Source: Acidimicrobiaceae bacterium (GTDB lineage: Bacteria; Actinomycetota; Acidimicrobiia; Acidimicrobiales; Aldehydirespiratoraceae). From it: 64,000 nucleotides of DNA. Of the stretch, positions 48,458 to 56,828 are shown in pieces (position 1 is the stretch's first letter; every line of letters starts with the position of its first letter). The notes beneath the pieces are model-generated. The model was not told where the DNA came from. It saw only the letters and a list, made by a program, of their open reading frames with translations, and did no database searches. The stretch covers positions 188,721 to 252,720 of the forward strand of contig VXYK01000055.1 in assembly GCA_009845995.1 (NCBI GenBank), written 5' to 3'. The translations under genes were made by a program, and so were the position numbers.

Positions 48458-49659
48458 GACACCGTCCAGTTGCCGGACCGCCTCAGGCCACTCACGGCGG
48501 TGACGAAGCGCGCGACCTCGTCTGAGTTGTTGTAGTAGTGGACCGAGGCTCGCACGAGCGAGGGGAGACCACGGTGACCAAGGTCGAGGCGCGCGTGGCT
48601 CGCCGGGGATGTCGTTGTGTTGATGCGATGCGCGGACAGTTGCGCTTGAACATCGGCAGAGTCCATGCCGTCAACGGTGAAAGTGACGATCCCGCCACGG
48701 ACCGCTCCCTTGTCGTGTACCGACACGCCGTCTAGTCCACCAAGCGACTCGCGCAAGCTGTCAGCGAGTTCACACAAACGCTGACTGGTTGCCTCCACGC
48801 CCAAATTGAGTGCGTAGTCGACTGCAGCACCCAGACCCAGCTTCCCGGCGTAATTCGCCTCCCAGTTCTCGAAACGACGAGCACCAGAACGGATCTCATA
48901 GGTCGTGTCCGTGGTCCAATGCGCTGCGTGGAGGTCTAGGAAGGGGGGTTCGATGCGTTCCAGCGCTCGCGGGCCCGCATAGAGGAAGCCGGTACCACGA
49001 GGGCCTCTCAGGTACTTGCGCCCGGTACCCGACAACACATCGCAGCCGATGCGGCCCACATCGAGTGGCACCTGGCCGGCGGATTGACAAGCATCGAGCA
49101 CATAGAACACGTCGTACTGTTTGCACAAAGCACCCACCGCTTCGACCGGATTGATTAAACCGCTGTTGGTCGGCGCATGGGTCAAAGCCACCATGGCCGC
49201 ACCTCGGGCCAGTTCAGCCTCCAGATGCTCCAGATCGATCTGGCCATGCTCGTCGTCCTCTATGAGCACCGGCTCGATGCTGTGGCGTTTCTGCAGTTGC
49301 AGCAGGGCGATGACGTTGCTGACGTATTCGGCTCGACTCATCAGAACCCGATCAGCTTCGCTGAACGGGTAGCCATAAACCGCCATATCCCATGCGCGGG
49401 TGGCGTTCTCGACCACGGCCATCTGGTGGGGTTCAGCGCCGATCAGCTGTGCGAGCGAGTCGTACACGGCTTCGAGGCGAGTGCTTGCTTCGCCAGCAGC
49501 CTCGTAACCACCGATCATTGCCTCGCGTTCGAGATGCTCGACAACAGTGGAGAGCACCACCTTGGGTGGAAGCGCAGCGCCCGCGTTGTTGAAATGCAGA
49601 ACATGGTCGACCCCAGGAGTGTCCTTGCGGATTTGGGTGAGCGGCAACCGCGGAATCAC
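48454..49659 (-). CDS. class V aminotransferase-fold PLP enzyme (cysteine desulfurase/epimerase-like)
   Basis: HFNNAGAALPP N-terminus. Candidate PLP-lysine region SGTGRKYLRGPRGTGFLY. Confidence 0.8.
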   Translation of the reverse strand: MIPRLPLTQIRKDTPGVDHVLHFNNAGAALPPKVVLSTVVEHLEREAMIGGYEAAGEASTRLEAVYDSLAQLIGAEPHQMAVVENATRAWDMAVYGYPFSEADRVLMSRAEYVSNVIALLQLQKRHSIEPVLIEDDEHGQIDLEHLEAELARGAAMVALTHAPTNSGLINPVEAVGALCKQYDVFYVLDACQSAGQVPLDVGRIGCDVLSGTGRKYLRGPRGTGFLYAGPRALERIEPPFLDLHAAHWTTDTTYEIRSGARRFENWEANYAGKLGLGAAVDYALNLGVEATSQRLCELADSLRESLGGLDGVSVHDKGAVRGGIVTFTVDGMDSADVQAQLSAHRINTTTSPASHARLDLGHRGLPSLVRASVHYYNNSDEVARFVTAVSGLRRSGNWTVS

Positions 49660-49703
49660 CGGCTCAGGCTACAGTCGCGTGGGCCAGCCACAAGAGGTAT
49701 GCG

Positions 49704-50855
49704 TTGAGTCCCGAACGAGGCTTTCCAGCCGACGAATTCTCCGAACGAACCCGGCGCTGTCAAGAACAGATGGCCGAACGCGAAATCGCCGCGATCCTGG
49801 TCTGCACCGAACCTGAAATTCGTTACTTCACCGGATTTCATACCCCGTTCTGGCAGAGTCCGACACGGCCCTGGTTCACGGTCATCCCCGCGACGGGAAA
49901 GCCGATCGCGGTCATCCCCAGCATTGGCGCGGAGTCGATGCATCAAATGTGGATCGAAGATGTACGAACCTGGTCATCACCTCGTCCGAGCGACGACGGG
50001 GTCACCTTGTTGGCCGAATGCATCAAGGAGACAGTTGGTGATGGCGACATCGGTTTGCCGATGGGTCCTGAAACCCATGTGCGCATGCCGTTGCGAGACC
50101 TCGATCGCCTGCGTTCGATGATGGGCGAATTTGTCGACGTGACCGACATCATTCGCGGGTTGCGCATGGTGAAGAGCGAGCGCGAGATCGACAAACACCG
50201 CCATATCTGCACGGTGGTGTCCGACGCCTTCGACGAGTTGCCGAACCTTTTGTCCACCGGTATGACCGAGCGTCAGGCGTTCGCCGCGTTCCGCGCGGAG
50301 ATCCTGCGTCAAGGCGCAGACGACGTTCCCTACCTGGTCGGCGCAACCGGACCGGACGGTGTCGCCGACATCATCAGGCAACCGTCTGATCGTCCAATCG
50401 ACGATGGCGACCTGCTGATATTCGACACCGGCTCGACCTTCGACGGCTACTTCAGCGACTTCGACCGCAATTTCGCTTTCACCACAGCCAGCAAAGGAGC
50501 CCGCGGTGCCTACCGGGCGGTGTGGGAGGCAACCGAAGCCGGCCTCGCGGCGGTACGACCAGGCGCTACCACATCCCAGGTCTTCAAGGCGATGAACGAG
50601 GTGTTGAAGGCCAACGGCTCGTTGGGCAACGACATCGGCCGCATGGGGCACGGTCTCGGTACGCAGGTGACGGAATGGCCGTCCCTAATGGCCGATGACA
50701 GCACCGTCATCGAACCGAACATGGTGTTGACCCTCGAACCGGGGCTTTTGTGGGAGCCCGGCAAGGCCATGGTCCACGAAGAGAATCTGGTCGTGCGCGC
50801 AAGCGGCCCGGAACTGCTCAGCCGTCGCGCTGCGCCCGAACTTCCTGTCATCTGA
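49704..50855 (+). CDS. M24 family metallopeptidase/hydrolase (Xaa-Pro peptidase/creatinase fold)
   Basis: TTG start. Pita-bread metal ligands in FDTGSTFDGYFSDFDRNF, GHGLG, LEPG and HEEN. Confidence 0.8.
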   Translation: MSPERGFPADEFSERTRRCQEQMAEREIAAILVCTEPEIRYFTGFHTPFWQSPTRPWFTVIPATGKPIAVIPSIGAESMHQMWIEDVRTWSSPRPSDDGVTLLAECIKETVGDGDIGLPMGPETHVRMPLRDLDRLRSMMGEFVDVTDIIRGLRMVKSEREIDKHRHICTVVSDAFDELPNLLSTGMTERQAFAAFRAEILRQGADDVPYLVGATGPDGVADIIRQPSDRPIDDGDLLIFDTGSTFDGYFSDFDRNFAFTTASKGARGAYRAVWEATEAGLAAVRPGATTSQVFKAMNEVLKANGSLGNDIGRMGHGLGTQVTEWPSLMADDSTVIEPNMVLTLEPGLLWEPGKAMVHEENLVVRASGPELLSRRAAPELPVI

Positions 50856-51736
50856 TGACTAACGAAGTTATCTCCTCGGACGAAATTGAGGCCTATTGGG
50901 CCAACGGCTACGCCTTTGTTGAGAATGCACTGACGCCGCACCAACTAGCAGCAGTCTTGAGCGACTTCGCAGGCTGGGTTGAAGAAAGCCGCGAGCACTC
51001 CGGACCATACGGCACCACGCCGGCCAATCGGCCCCGTTTCGACCTTGAGGTCGACCACACGGCACAGCGGCCCGCCCTGCGCAGGGTCGCGTCGCCGGTG
51101 GATGTCTCCGACTCCTATCTGGAGGTGATGCGCGACAACCGGGCGCTCGATGCCGTGGAACAGCTGATCGGTCCCGACGTCGAGTACAACAACTCCAAGA
51201 TCAATGCCAAACATCCTGGTTCTGCCACCGAAGTGAAGTACCACCAGGATTTCATGTTCCAGCCCCACACCAACGAAGACCTGATCGCTGTGCTGTTCTT
51301 TCTCGACGATGTAACCCTGGAAAACGGGCCGCTCAAAGTGGTGCCGGGCACCCACCTCGGCGACTTGTTCGAACATTGGCACGATGGCGTGTTCACCGGC
51401 ACGGTCACCCCAGAAGTGGAAGCAGCGCACTCCGATGCCGCTGTTCCGGTCTACGGCCCAGCAGGTTCGGCGTGTCTGATGCACACGCGCCTGCTTCACG
51501 GTTCAGCATCCAACACGTCTGATCGGCCCCGGACGCTGTTCATCTGCGAGTACCGCGCCGAGGACTCCAAGCCCCTGCAGGTCAATCACCTGCCAAGCGT
51601 CTACGAAGGCGAGGTTGTGCGCGGCGTCCGCACCAATCGCGTGCGTTGTTCGGCTTATGAGATGGAGTTTCCCGAAGTGCCGACCGGAGCATCATTCTTC
51701 TCCCAGCAGGCCAAGGCCGGCGGAGCGACGAGGTGA
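50855..51736 (+). CDS. phytanoyl-CoA dioxygenase (PhyH) family Fe(II)/2-oxoglutarate oxygenase
   Basis: ATG 50855 overlaps the upstream stop by 1 nt. KYHQDF (HxD) and LLHGSASN distal His. Confidence 0.75.
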   Translation: MTNEVISSDEIEAYWANGYAFVENALTPHQLAAVLSDFAGWVEESREHSGPYGTTPANRPRFDLEVDHTAQRPALRRVASPVDVSDSYLEVMRDNRALDAVEQLIGPDVEYNNSKINAKHPGSATEVKYHQDFMFQPHTNEDLIAVLFFLDDVTLENGPLKVVPGTHLGDLFEHWHDGVFTGTVTPEVEAAHSDAAVPVYGPAGSACLMHTRLLHGSASNTSDRPRTLFICEYRAEDSKPLQVNHLPSVYEGEVVRGVRTNRVRCSAYEMEFPEVPTGASFFSQQAKAGGATR

Positions 51737-52500
51737 CGGTTCCCGAACTCCAGAGGTTGCCTTTCGACACCGACGAAGGCTACGGATCGCGGGCACGCCT
51801 CGGTCTGATCGTCCTGCAGAGCGACCAGACCATCGAAGCCGAGGCTCGGATGCTCGACATTGAGGGAGTCGAGTTCTATCACTCGCGCATTCCCAACGAT
51901 GTTGAGGTGACGCCCGAGACGTTGACCGACATGGAACAGCGTTTGCCGATCGCCGCGGGGCTGCTACCAGCTGATTTCGGCTTCGACGCCATCGGCTACG
52001 GTTGCACCTCGGCAGCCGCGCTCATCGGAGAGTCCGGAGTAACCGCAGACATCCAAGCGTCTCATCCCGGCGCGACTTGCAGCAACCCGATCACAGCAGC
52101 CGTCGCAGCCTTTCGTGCTCTGAGGGCAAAGCGGATCGCCGTGCTGACCCCTTACACCGCGGATGTCACGGCACCGATCGCTGCTTACTTCGCCGACGCT
52201 GGGCTTGCGGTCACTGTTCTTGGCTCCTTCTTGGAACCGAGCGACCTCGTCGTTGCTCGTATTTCCGAAGCGTCGATTTCTGAAGGGATCCGCGCTGTCG
52301 CGGGCGCTGACTGCGATGCGGTGTTCGTATCGTGCACAAGCCTGCGTGTCCTCGAGCGTGTTGCCGAGATCGAAGACGAGGTTGGCGTTCCCGTCGTGTC
52401 CAGCAACATGGCCCTGTTCTGGCATCTGCTCCGGCTCGCAGGAGTGAACGACGAACTCGATGAATACGGTCAGCTCTTCAAACGACAGATCCGGGCCTGA
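51733..52500 (+). CDS. maleate isomerase / Asp-Glu racemase superfamily protein (EutA/arylmalonate decarboxylase-like)
   Basis: GTGA overlap with the upstream gene. Both catalytic-cysteine contexts are present: GYGCTSAA and FVSCTSLR. Confidence 0.7.
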   Translation: MTVPELQRLPFDTDEGYGSRARLGLIVLQSDQTIEAEARMLDIEGVEFYHSRIPNDVEVTPETLTDMEQRLPIAAGLLPADFGFDAIGYGCTSAAALIGESGVTADIQASHPGATCSNPITAAVAAFRALRAKRIAVLTPYTADVTAPIAAYFADAGLAVTVLGSFLEPSDLVVARISEASISEGIRAVAGADCDAVFVSCTSLRVLERVAEIEDEVGVPVVSSNMALFWHLLRLAGVNDELDEYGQLFKRQIRA

Positions 52501-52506
52501 CCCGGT

Positions 52507-53745
52507 TCACTGACGCTTGTAGACCTTTCCGTCCTTCATAACGAAGGCCACCTGCTGGGTGACCGTGATATCGGCTAGAGGGTCACCGGGCACACCGACG
52601 ATGTCGGCCAGCATTTCGGGTGCTATCCGGCCGAGGTCTGGAGCGTCGACGAGTTCGGCGCTCACGGTGGTCGCCGCGCGGATGGCTTGCAGAGGTGTCA
52701 TGCCTCGCTTCACGAGAACCACAAGTTCCTCGGCATTGCGACCGTGCCAAATTGCCGGAGCATCGCTGCCAGAGGCGATCTTGACGCCTGCCTCAATAGC
52801 GTTGGACAGCGACTCCTTCGATTTTGGGAACACCTCGGCTGCGCGTGCCTGAATCGACCGCGGATGAGCAGAGACGTCCCAGTTCTCGGTCAGCGCGTTG
52901 GTGGAAACCAAGAAGGTGTCGGTATCGAGCAGCCGTTGGATCGTGTCGCCGGTGATCATGAAACCGTGCTCAATACAGTCGATTCCCGCGTCTAGAGCGG
53001 CGTTGACGGCGACATCACCGTGGCAGTGGGTGGCGACCTTCAAACCCCGGCGATGGGCCTCGTCGGCAACAACGGTCAATTCGTCAGCAGAGTATTGCTG
53101 AGCGCCAGCTGGCCCAGAGTCAGTCATTACTCCGCCCGAGGCGCAGCACTTGATGAGATCGACCCCGTGCTTGATCTGGTAGCGCACGGCCTTGCGCACC
53201 TCATCGACCCCATCGGCGATGCCCTCCTCGACGGTCAAGGGCATGATGTGGGGCGCGAGCGAACTCTGGGCGCTGGGATCAAGATGTCCACCGCTGGGAA
53301 CAATGGCGTGACCAGCCGCGTAGATCCGCGGACCGTCGACCCAACCAGCGTTGATGGAGTCGCGCAAGGCCACGTCGAGCACGTAGCCGCCGGTCTTCAC
53401 GAAGAGTCCGAGGTTGCGAACGGTGGTGAAGCCGGCGCGCAACGTCCTCATCCCGTTGGCGACGGCCCGAAGGGTCATCTTGACGGGGTCGAGACGAACG
53501 GGATCGCTGAGTCCAGCGCCCGGCCCGCCCAACATCAGATCGACCTCCATGTCCATGAGGCCCGGGATAAGCGTCAGTTCAGGCAGTTCGATCAACTCGT
53601 CCGCGTCGCTCGCGGTGCTGGAGTCGGTGCCCACCTCGGTGATGCGGTTGCCCTCGACTCGGACATAACCGGAGTCGATGACATCGCCGCTGTCGATGTC
53701 GAGCACGCCCCGTGCATGCAGGACAGTCACGGTCGGTTCGGGCAT
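52507..53745 (-). CDS. amidohydrolase family protein (imidazolonepropionase/prolidase-like) with non-canonical first metal motif
   Basis: KVATHCHGD, CIEHG and SGSDAP motifs are present. The strand-1 motif reads PGLMDMEVDL instead of the usual PGxxDxHxHL. Confidence 0.75.
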   Translation of the reverse strand: MPEPTVTVLHARGVLDIDSGDVIDSGYVRVEGNRITEVGTDSSTASDADELIELPELTLIPGLMDMEVDLMLGGPGAGLSDPVRLDPVKMTLRAVANGMRTLRAGFTTVRNLGLFVKTGGYVLDVALRDSINAGWVDGPRIYAAGHAIVPSGGHLDPSAQSSLAPHIMPLTVEEGIADGVDEVRKAVRYQIKHGVDLIKCCASGGVMTDSGPAGAQQYSADELTVVADEAHRRGLKVATHCHGDVAVNAALDAGIDCIEHGFMITGDTIQRLLDTDTFLVSTNALTENWDVSAHPRSIQARAAEVFPKSKESLSNAIEAGVKIASGSDAPAIWHGRNAEELVVLVKRGMTPLQAIRAATTVSAELVDAPDLGRIAPEMLADIVGVPGDPLADITVTQQVAFVMKDGKVYKRQ

Positions 53746-53778
53746 TTGGAGTCCTTTCGCAGTGACTTCACCGTACGA

Positions 53779-55401
53779 TCAGCCGTCGCCGCGGAGCAAC
53801 ATCACACCTGAGGGAGTGCCACCACCTGTCGCTACCACCGCGGTTCTGGCTCCGTTCACTTGTCGTTCGCCAGCCTGTCGGCGCAGCTGTAGCACGGCCT
53901 CGTGGATGAAGCCGAAGCCGTGGGTGCGGCCCTCAGACAGCTGTCCGCCGTGAGGATTCAAAGGGAGTTCACCATCGAGCGCGATGCGGCTGCCATCACC
54001 GACAAAATCTGTGGCTTCCCCGAAGCCACAGAAACCCAACCCTTCGAGCCAGCTCACACAGTTGAAGGTGAAGCCGTCGTAGAGCAGCGCCACGTCTACG
54101 TCTTCGGGCCGCAGATCGGTTCGAGTCCACAGGTGAGCGGACTGGCCGAGCACCTGCGGTTCGTGGGTCAGAGTGTCCTGGTCCCAGGAGACGCGTTCGA
54201 GAATCTGGGTGCCCACGGCTTCAACCCGAACCGGAGGATTCGGGAGGTCTTCGGCTGTGTCAGCGGCCGACACGACGACAGCGATGGAGGCATCGCACGG
54301 TACGTCGCAGTCGTAGAGCCCGAAGGGGCTCGTTATAGGACGCGCTGCGTAGTAGTCGTCGAGAGTCATCGGCTCGCGGTAGATCGCCAGAGGATTTCTT
54401 CCAGCGTTGCGGCGGGCGTTGATGGCGATGCGCGCAAACAGATCGCGGGTGGCGCCGTAACGATGCAGGTACTGGTTGGCATTCATGGCGATCCAGTTCG
54501 CCGCGGACATTGCACCGAAGGGCAAACGCCACTGCATCCAGTCAGAGCCGCTCGCGCCGCTGGTTGCACCCAGGCCTCCGCGAGCGGCGAATGTTGTTTC
54601 CCACACCGTTCGGAAGCACAGAACGTGTCGGCAAAGCCCTGACGACACCGCGAGCATCGCGGTAATGAGCGCACCTCCCGGTCCAGGAATGTCGCCGCCT
54701 CCGTTGATCCAGGTTGGTCGCAAGCGCAATGCCTCCTCCACGGCGGCCACTCCACCTTCGCTGAATCCCATTCCGGCGGGACCCGGGTAGGTGGACAAGC
54801 CGTCGATGTCGTCGGGGTTCAGCCCGGCGTCGGCAATCGCGGCAAGACAGGCGTCGGTGGCAAGAGACAATGGATCTCGCATGAGTCGCCGACCGATCTC
54901 AGAGCGCCCGATTCCAGACAGAACCACTTTGTGCTCGAAACGATCGCTGCTGGGCGCGGCGCGGGGAGCGGCCAGCTGCGGCTCGGGCACCGGGTTCTCG
55001 CGGGTAGCGCCGGTCGGCGAGAAAAGCGGAAGGTGGATGCCGTCCTGTTCCTCGAAGCAGACCTCGACCTCTTGGCCGATATGGACATCGTCAGGGTCGC
55101 ATCCGACGATGTTCGTGGTGAGGCGAACATCAGTCGATTCTTCAAGCGCGACCACGGCGATGACGTACGGTGGGTCGCTCGTAGGCGTCCAACTATGAGA
55201 GTTGACCGTGTATCCAGCGACCGTGGCTCGCCCACACACCTCAGTCGGCTGCCAGTGGCTGCTGTGGCACGCAGGGCAGATCGGTGCGGGTGGGTGCACC
55301 AGAGTGGCACAGTCAGCACAGCCCTGGATCCGCAGGACGCCGTCGGCGCCCGAGGTCCAGAACCACTCGTTTTCGGGGTTGAGCTTTGGCAGGATACGCA
55401 T
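53779..55401 (-). CDS. DUF35 (Zn-ribbon/OB-fold) fused to a thiolase-like (SCP-x/Ltp-type) domain
   Basis: ATG 55401, in frame in ORF 53779..55737. CADCATLVHPPAPICPACHS zinc ribbon and OB segment. The C-terminal ~390 aa are thiolase-like (NPHGGQLSEGRTHGFG). Confidence 0.75.
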   Translation of the reverse strand: MRILPKLNPENEWFWTSGADGVLRIQGCADCATLVHPPAPICPACHSSHWQPTEVCGRATVAGYTVNSHSWTPTSDPPYVIAVVALEESTDVRLTTNIVGCDPDDVHIGQEVEVCFEEQDGIHLPLFSPTGATRENPVPEPQLAAPRAAPSSDRFEHKVVLSGIGRSEIGRRLMRDPLSLATDACLAAIADAGLNPDDIDGLSTYPGPAGMGFSEGGVAAVEEALRLRPTWINGGGDIPGPGGALITAMLAVSSGLCRHVLCFRTVWETTFAARGGLGATSGASGSDWMQWRLPFGAMSAANWIAMNANQYLHRYGATRDLFARIAINARRNAGRNPLAIYREPMTLDDYYAARPITSPFGLYDCDVPCDASIAVVVSAADTAEDLPNPPVRVEAVGTQILERVSWDQDTLTHEPQVLGQSAHLWTRTDLRPEDVDVALLYDGFTFNCVSWLEGLGFCGFGEATDFVGDGSRIALDGELPLNPHGGQLSEGRTHGFGFIHEAVLQLRRQAGERQVNGARTAVVATGGGTPSGVMLLRGDG

Positions 55402-55411
55402 GGTCAAACAA

Positions 55412-55421
55412 GTTCTAGAAC
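55412..55421. promoter_or_regulatory. perfect 10-bp palindrome in a divergent promoter region
   Basis: GTTCTAGAAC lies 11 nt upstream of the DUF35-thiolase start and ~150 nt upstream of the SDR start. Confidence 0.3.
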
Positions 55422-55572
55422 GCATTAGTACTAGCACGCCGTGCCCCAAAGGAGGGTCCCTGGAACTTGTCGAGAGCAAAGCCCACGCTGTACCGTCGCT
55501 CAGCGGCCGCGGGGGAGTCCCTGGCGGATGCGAGGAGTGGTCCATGAGCCGGGTCTGGTCGAGGGTGGCGTT

Positions 55573-56346
55573 GTGAACGGAGTTCCCGCATGGTCGGGGC
55601 CGCGGACCGCCATCGTCACCGGAGGCGGCCGCGGGATCGGGTTCGCAATCAGTCGGCGCCTCTGCCTGGAGGGTGCTGCGGTCGCCATCTTCGAGCGCGA
55701 TGGCGACAGTGCTCAATCCGCAGCAGCGGAGATCCACTCTCAGGGCGGTCGGGTCGTGGCGTGCGAGGTTGATGTCGCTGATCGACAGGCTGTTGACGCC
55801 GCGGTCGCCGCAACACGCGAAGAACTGGGTCCAGCCACGATTCTGGTCAACAACGCCGGAATATCGCCCTTCAAGAAGTTTCGGGAGCTCAGCCGCGAGG
55901 ATCTTGAGCAGGTGTTCACGGTCAACGTTTACGGCATGTTCGATTGCTGCCAGGCGGTGCTACCAGACATGGTGGAGGCCGGCTGGGGGCGGATCGTCAA
56001 CATCGCATCGTCGAGCGCGCAGACCGGCAGCGTCCTGCAAACGCACTACTCGGCCAGCAAGGGGGCAGTGATCGCTTTCACCCGTTCGCTCGCCCGTGAA
56101 CTCGGCTCGAAAGGAATCACCGTCAATGCGGTGCCGCCGTCGTTCATCGAAACTTTAGGACTTCAACAAGCCGAAGAGAACGGTTATCTCGGTCCTGGTG
56201 TCGAGGTTCTGCTGCAGAGCATGCCGGTCAAGCGTGTGGGTGAACCAGACGACATTGCTGCTGCGGTCGCCTACCTGTGCCGCGACGACGCCAGCTTCGT
56301 CACCGGCCAGGTACTCGGTGTCAACGGAGGTCGGGTCATAGGTTGA
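55573..56346 (+). CDS. SDR family oxidoreductase (FabG-like)
   Basis: GTG 55573 follows GAGGGTGG. Start uncertain (ORF track 55441). AIVTGGGRGIGFAI and YSASKGAV. Confidence 0.75.
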   Translation: MNGVPAWSGPRTAIVTGGGRGIGFAISRRLCLEGAAVAIFERDGDSAQSAAAEIHSQGGRVVACEVDVADRQAVDAAVAATREELGPATILVNNAGISPFKKFRELSREDLEQVFTVNVYGMFDCCQAVLPDMVEAGWGRIVNIASSSAQTGSVLQTHYSASKGAVIAFTRSLARELGSKGITVNAVPPSFIETLGLQQAEENGYLGPGVEVLLQSMPVKRVGEPDDIAAAVAYLCRDDASFVTGQVLGVNGGRVIG

Positions 56347-56376
56347 TCGGCGGTACCGCAACGAGCAGTGACCTGG

Positions 56377-56688
56377 TCAGAACGATTCGTACTCGACGGT
56401 CACTTTCTGGCCATGGGGGATTGATTGGCAGGTGAGAATCCATCCTTCGTCAATATCCTCCGGTCCGAGAGCCTCGTTGGCGCGCATTGTGACGGAGCCC
56501 TCGTGAAGCATGGCCATGCAGGTGGCGCAATTGCCAGCCTCACAGGAGAACGGCGGGTCCAGGCCGCCGGCCCGAGCCGTTTCCAAAATCGTGTCGCCCG
56601 CGTTGTAAGCCACCTCGGTTCGCCGGCGATCAAGAATGATCGTGACAGTCTCAGTGGTTTCATCAGTGTCCGGGGCACGATCGCTCAC
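56377..56688 (-). CDS. 2Fe-2S ferredoxin (plant/PaaE-type)
   Basis: CEAGNCATCMAML plus the distal LTCQS cysteine. 103 aa. Confidence 0.8.
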   Translation of the reverse strand: MSDRAPDTDETTETVTIILDRRRTEVAYNAGDTILETARAGGLDPPFSCEAGNCATCMAMLHEGSVTMRANEALGPEDIDEGWILTCQSIPHGQKVTVEYESF

Positions 56689-56828
56689 AGAGCGACGCTA
56701 CCTGGGCTAGACCCCTGCGACATCGCTGAAACCGCTGAGGAATTGAGAAGAACAACTTGATTGAAGTGTTGATTGTTCAGCCTTCGCGGGTCTATCGGGC
56801 GTTGTGGTTCTCGATCACCGGTGACGAA

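Noticed and set aside
55405-55430. Resemblance of AACAAGTTCTAGAA / TAGAACGCATTAGT to KstR2/KstR steroid-regulon operators.
   Set aside because: Both matches to the remembered consensus sequences (ANCAAGNNCTTGNT, TNNAACNNGTTNNA) have mismatches at conserved positions, and there is no TetR gene nearby. I kept it only as a generic palindrome.
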